64,000 nt of DNA from Psilocybe cubensis (Eukaryota), in assembly GCA_017499595.2 (NCBI GenBank), contig CM038999.1:2232001-2296000 (forward strand). Direction: 5' to 3'. The notes beneath the pieces are model-generated. The model was given only the letters and a program-made list of their open reading frames with translations. It was not told the origin of the DNA and made no database searches. This document shows positions 60,401 through 64,000 of the stretch, in pieces (the first letter of the stretch is position 1; each line of letters begins with the position of its first letter). Position numbers and translations under genes: made by a program.

Positions 60401-60882
60401 ATGTCAGAAAAGGCATAAAAGCATTATTGGAATATAACAGATGTATTGAAGAAGAAAGAAGATTAATTGAGGAAAAAAAGTCAATGATTCAATGGTTTCG
60501 AGAAGAGTGGGTAGTTATTATCAAAGCAATTGGTCAAATGTCAGAAGATATAAATGTGCTCTACCAATTAAAGCAAAGAAAACAATTTCTTTTGAGATTG
60601 TATTTATCCTGGGAACTTCCTGTACGTGGAATACCAGGTGAAAACAATACATTATGGGGACCAACAAAGGAGGAAATCATAAAAGCTAAAAAATATGAAA
60701 CAACACAAAGTGTTCTATATAAAGAATATACAAATGAGGTTGCTGATATTGAAATGGAATTAGAAGATGACAATGAATATGAAGATGAACATGATAATAA
60801 TGATGATGTGATTACAGATTTTGAAGATGGGGATGAAGCTGAGCTTTTGGATCAAATTGAAGAAGATTTGTCCACATTATAA
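57499..60882 (+). CDS. KDZ transposase with CxC1-like cysteine cluster, 6 exons, about 1041 aa
   Basis: Exons 57499-57973, 58030-58250, 58304-58430, 58480-58638, 58689-58776 and 58827-60882 (3126 nt, open). Motifs QLMQRGFFPCAP, LRERCPLCFGG, CIDACFTQKR, LCRHD, GEKQFY, YDIGC, FHAYGHQWAC, GLTDGEGCERFWS. Confidence 0.93.
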
Positions 60883-61587
60883 AATATTTAATTTACTAAG
60901 TTTCTTTGTATTTTTATAAAAAAAAAAGTTATGGCAATATAAAATTATTGTAAGAGGTCAAAAAAACAATATATGTGATGTATAAAATCAATTTGTAATC
61001 TAGATAAATAAATTTATGATACTAAAAAAGTATTGATGTCAAGTGTAAATTAATTTATATGCTAAATAAGTAATTTATAGCATTCAAAACGTATTCTGAA
61101 TATACCATAAAATATTTAACTTGTATAAAACTAATTTGGGATTCCATAATGATTTGTAGGCATTAAAAATATTATACATAACTTGTAGAACCCTAAACCC
61201 TAAACCCGCAAAATCATTTTACTCACATAATAAACTAATTTAAACTCCATAAAATCATTTTACTCATATAATAAACTAATTTAAACTCTATAAAATTATT
61301 TTGTGGCCATTAAAATGTTATAGTTAAACTTGTAAAAGATTATATGAACACAAAATAATTTTACTCAACATATAAAATATTATATAAACACAAAATTTAT
61401 AGCCCTATAAGTAAAAGCAACAACTAGGCAATGCCATACATTGTAATATATAGAAATTTGTATTGATATATTTATATTTATAGTATAATATTGCTTATAA
61501 AAGTAATAATATAAAATAATAGTCTTAGTAGATGCAATCATACACATTAATGTGTAGTTTATGGTGATGTGGCAAAGGTTGCAAAGT

Positions 61588-61801
61588 ATTGATATATAGT
61601 ATTTAGGATTTCAGACTGCAAGACATCTTATAGGATTATGTGCATGGTTACTATTCGAAATCTTGTTTCTTATAGGATTATTGCTCGGTCAATAATTGAT
61701 ATATAGTATCTAGGACTTTAGACTGCAAGGCATCTTATAGGATTATGTGCATGGTTATTATTCCAAATCTTGTTTCTTATAGGATTATTGCATGGTCAAT
61801 A
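61588..61801. repeat. Tandem duplication, about 107 bp x2, next to the right TIR
   Basis: ATTGATATATAGTAT...CATCTTATAGGATTATGTGCATGG at 61588 and 61695. Confidence 0.85.
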
Positions 61802-61824
61802 TTCCAAATTTTGATAAATGTAAC

Positions 61825-62205
61825 CATATGCATTAATGTATAGTTTGTAATAATATGGCCAAGGCTACAAAGCATTAATATACATTGTCTTGGGCTTTAA
61901 ACTGCAAATTTTCTTGTGGACAATTTTATAACCCTAACCCTAACCAAGAGAAAAGCCCCCAGACACCTCTATCTAATATAAAAGTTTTATTGTTTGCATA
62001 AAATTTTCTCCCTAGCAACAGATTGTTTTTCTTGTGTGACAGTAAAAAACTTTTGTCACACAGAAAGATCAGAAATGCAAAATAATTTTTAAGTTTTTTT
62101 TTTTGATAAAACATTATGGAAATATAGTTTTTAACATGCCTGAAGGCTACCATGAATATTCATTTTTGGGGGCCTTCAGGTTACTTTTTTCAGTCCAATG
62201 AAGTG
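61825..62205 (-). repeat. Right TIR (381 bp)
   Basis: Inverted copy of 45399-45779. Confidence 0.96.
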
Positions 62206-64000
62206 AGCTCAGAAGGCGTTTTTGGTCGGTCAGCAGATGCACTTATGGCAATTTTTTGTGCAAAAGGGATAACGGCATGTAACTGGGTAGACAACTTTGT
62301 TTTCTTCCGCCTAACATAGGTGCTCAACAATGAAACAATTAGCAAAAGCAACAATATGACTACTAACATTTTCTCATCCTATACCCTTGACACAATCTTC
62401 TCAATAACTTTGCCCTTAGGCTGGCCCTGGAAACAGTCTAAAACAAAACCCTTCTCATAAAACTTTCAATACCTTGGTTTTATCTGGAGCCTACAACATA
62501 AAACAATCAAAATACCATCCGAGAAGAAATCCAAATACCTAGCAAAAATTGCAAATTGGACCAAAGACGACCAAAAATTCTTGCTTAGAGAAGCAGAATC
62601 ACTCTTTGGCATCTTAGTACACTGCTCATTAGCCATCCCGGAAGGACGTTTACGCCTTCCTGCCCTATCTCGCTTTGTTACCTCCTTTTCACATACCACA
62701 TCCATCCATGCCCAATGAACACCTGGAAAACTCACACTCAATAACATTAACTGGTGGAATGAATGTTTACAACATGACTTCTGTGGCTCATCCTTAACCC
62801 CATCACCGCCACTAAGCCCAATAGAATTCTGGGTTAATGCATCAACAGACTGGGGAATTGGGCTTGTTTTTAATAAGAAATGGTAATCATAGAAACTAAA
62901 ACCACACTGGAAATTGAACGGATGCAACATTGGCTGGGCTGAATTCATTGCCATTGAAATAGGCCTATTATACACTATCCATTCCGGTTACACAAACACT
63001 TACTTTTTGATTTGCTCTGACAATCAAGGTGTCATCCAAGCTATTGAAGGAGGAAAATCACGCAGTCCCGAACAAAACAAAGTGTTACAATAAATTACAT
63101 CCCTTCTTACCACTAATTCATTATGGATAAAATCCTTATACATACCTTTAAAGCAAAATATTGCAGATGGACCTTTGTGTGGATTTTCCTTACCATACTT
63201 ACCTCGATCCAAATTTTTTTTTCTTTTCCATACACACTTGAACCCTTTCTACTATCTTCTTCACAAATGTTAGCATAGATAACCACACTTCGTAAATCCA
63301 TACATATTAATCCTCAATAACCCAATAATATTAAAATTAAATCAATGCACAAAATGAAATACAGCACACTCAACAATCCGCACACATACCAAACAAAGCC
63401 AAAGTAAACATGCACCGTTGTATCCACACCTCTTTCCAAACACTACACAACCTATTACCAACGGTGCGTTCTTCAGAATTTACATCTGTCTCAACCTTCA
63501 ACCCGGCCTCTTACCTATCCCTTAAAAAAACTTCATACTTTACTTCTGATGACTTTTCTCTTGTACCAGCAAACCATCAAAGCTTTCCTCTCAAACAACC
63601 CCAAAGTTTACCACCTAATTGACCAAACCCTTATAGCTTCCATCGCAGAAAGACCTTATCAAAGCAAAAAACACACCATACTACCCAGCCTACGTTATTT
63701 GATTGGTTACCTCTGTGACAAGTTGCCATGGCCCATAAATTCTCCAAGAAAACCCATTAACAACTTCAAAACGCACTTGCCCACAGCTAGACCTCATCCA
63801 CCTTCAACAAATACTCTAACTCTATTCAACATTTTCAAACATTCTGTGAACTAGAAGGCGTCCCAAACCACAAATGCTTCCCAGCAAACAAGTTTGTACT
63901 ATGCACCTTTGCAGCATCCGGTGCAGGCTCTTCTTCCTTCTCAACCATCCGGAACAAGATTACCGCCATAAAAGGCTGGCATGACTTGCATGGGGCACAA

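Larger units (their letters stand above)
45399..62205 (+). mobile_element. Complete 16,807-bp KDZ (Kyakuja-Dileera-Zisupton) DNA transposon, CxC1-type
   Basis: 381-bp TIRs CAC...GTG; AGCTCAG on both flanks; KDZ transposase inside; excision restores the host RT frame. Confidence 0.95.
37910..64000 (+). mobile_element. Decayed tyrosine-recombinase retrotransposon (DIRS/Ngaro-like) split by two insertions; segments about 37910-39190, 43964-45398 and 62213-64000
   Basis: gag-like GWTV|HIPLTFLTDKFC, CIFCGSNDHSSKRC; RT GPFRTSPLGIVPK, FRLVQD, ATLDID, PFGASSS|EGVFGR, WVDN; RNase H NASTDWGIG, AEFIAIE, SDNQGV, NIADG; YR N-terminus STIRNKITAIKGWHDLHGA. The left boundary is approximate. Confidence 0.85.

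Noticed and set aside
45399-62205. TET/JBP dioxygenase gene expected in some KDZ elements
   Set aside because: No HxD...H 2OG-Fe(II) pattern was recognised in any frame; a highly diverged one cannot be fully excluded without an HMM search.

Overview
Eukaryotic, most likely basidiomycete fungal DNA (short GT-AG introns, fungal transposon families). It consists almost entirely of nested transposable elements and I see no recognisable host gene. (1) 1-22725: a head-to-tail array of at least 5 near-identical Ty1/copia elements (period 4714/4715 bp). Each junction is a full 378-bp LTR plus an extra 61-bp LTR 3' end, and every unit lacks the integrase N-terminus. The array sits inside the RT of an antisense copy of the same family (22726-26147), which sits inside the RT of a third copy (26148-26753). 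(2) 27.6-37.9 kb: decayed Tad1-like LINE copies carrying a solo LTR and a probable truncated LTR element. (3) About 37.9-64 kb: a decayed tyrosine-recombinase (DIRS/Ngaro-type) retroelement split by two insertions. One is another copia copy (39191-43958, TSD AGTCC). The other is a complete 16.8-kb KDZ (CxC1-type) DNA transposon (45399-62205) with 381-bp TIRs, a 7-bp TSD, an intact 6-exon transposase and two divergent cargo genes of unknown function. Arrays of one 15-mer motif lie in predicted introns of both cargo genes. All exon models and counts were made by eye.
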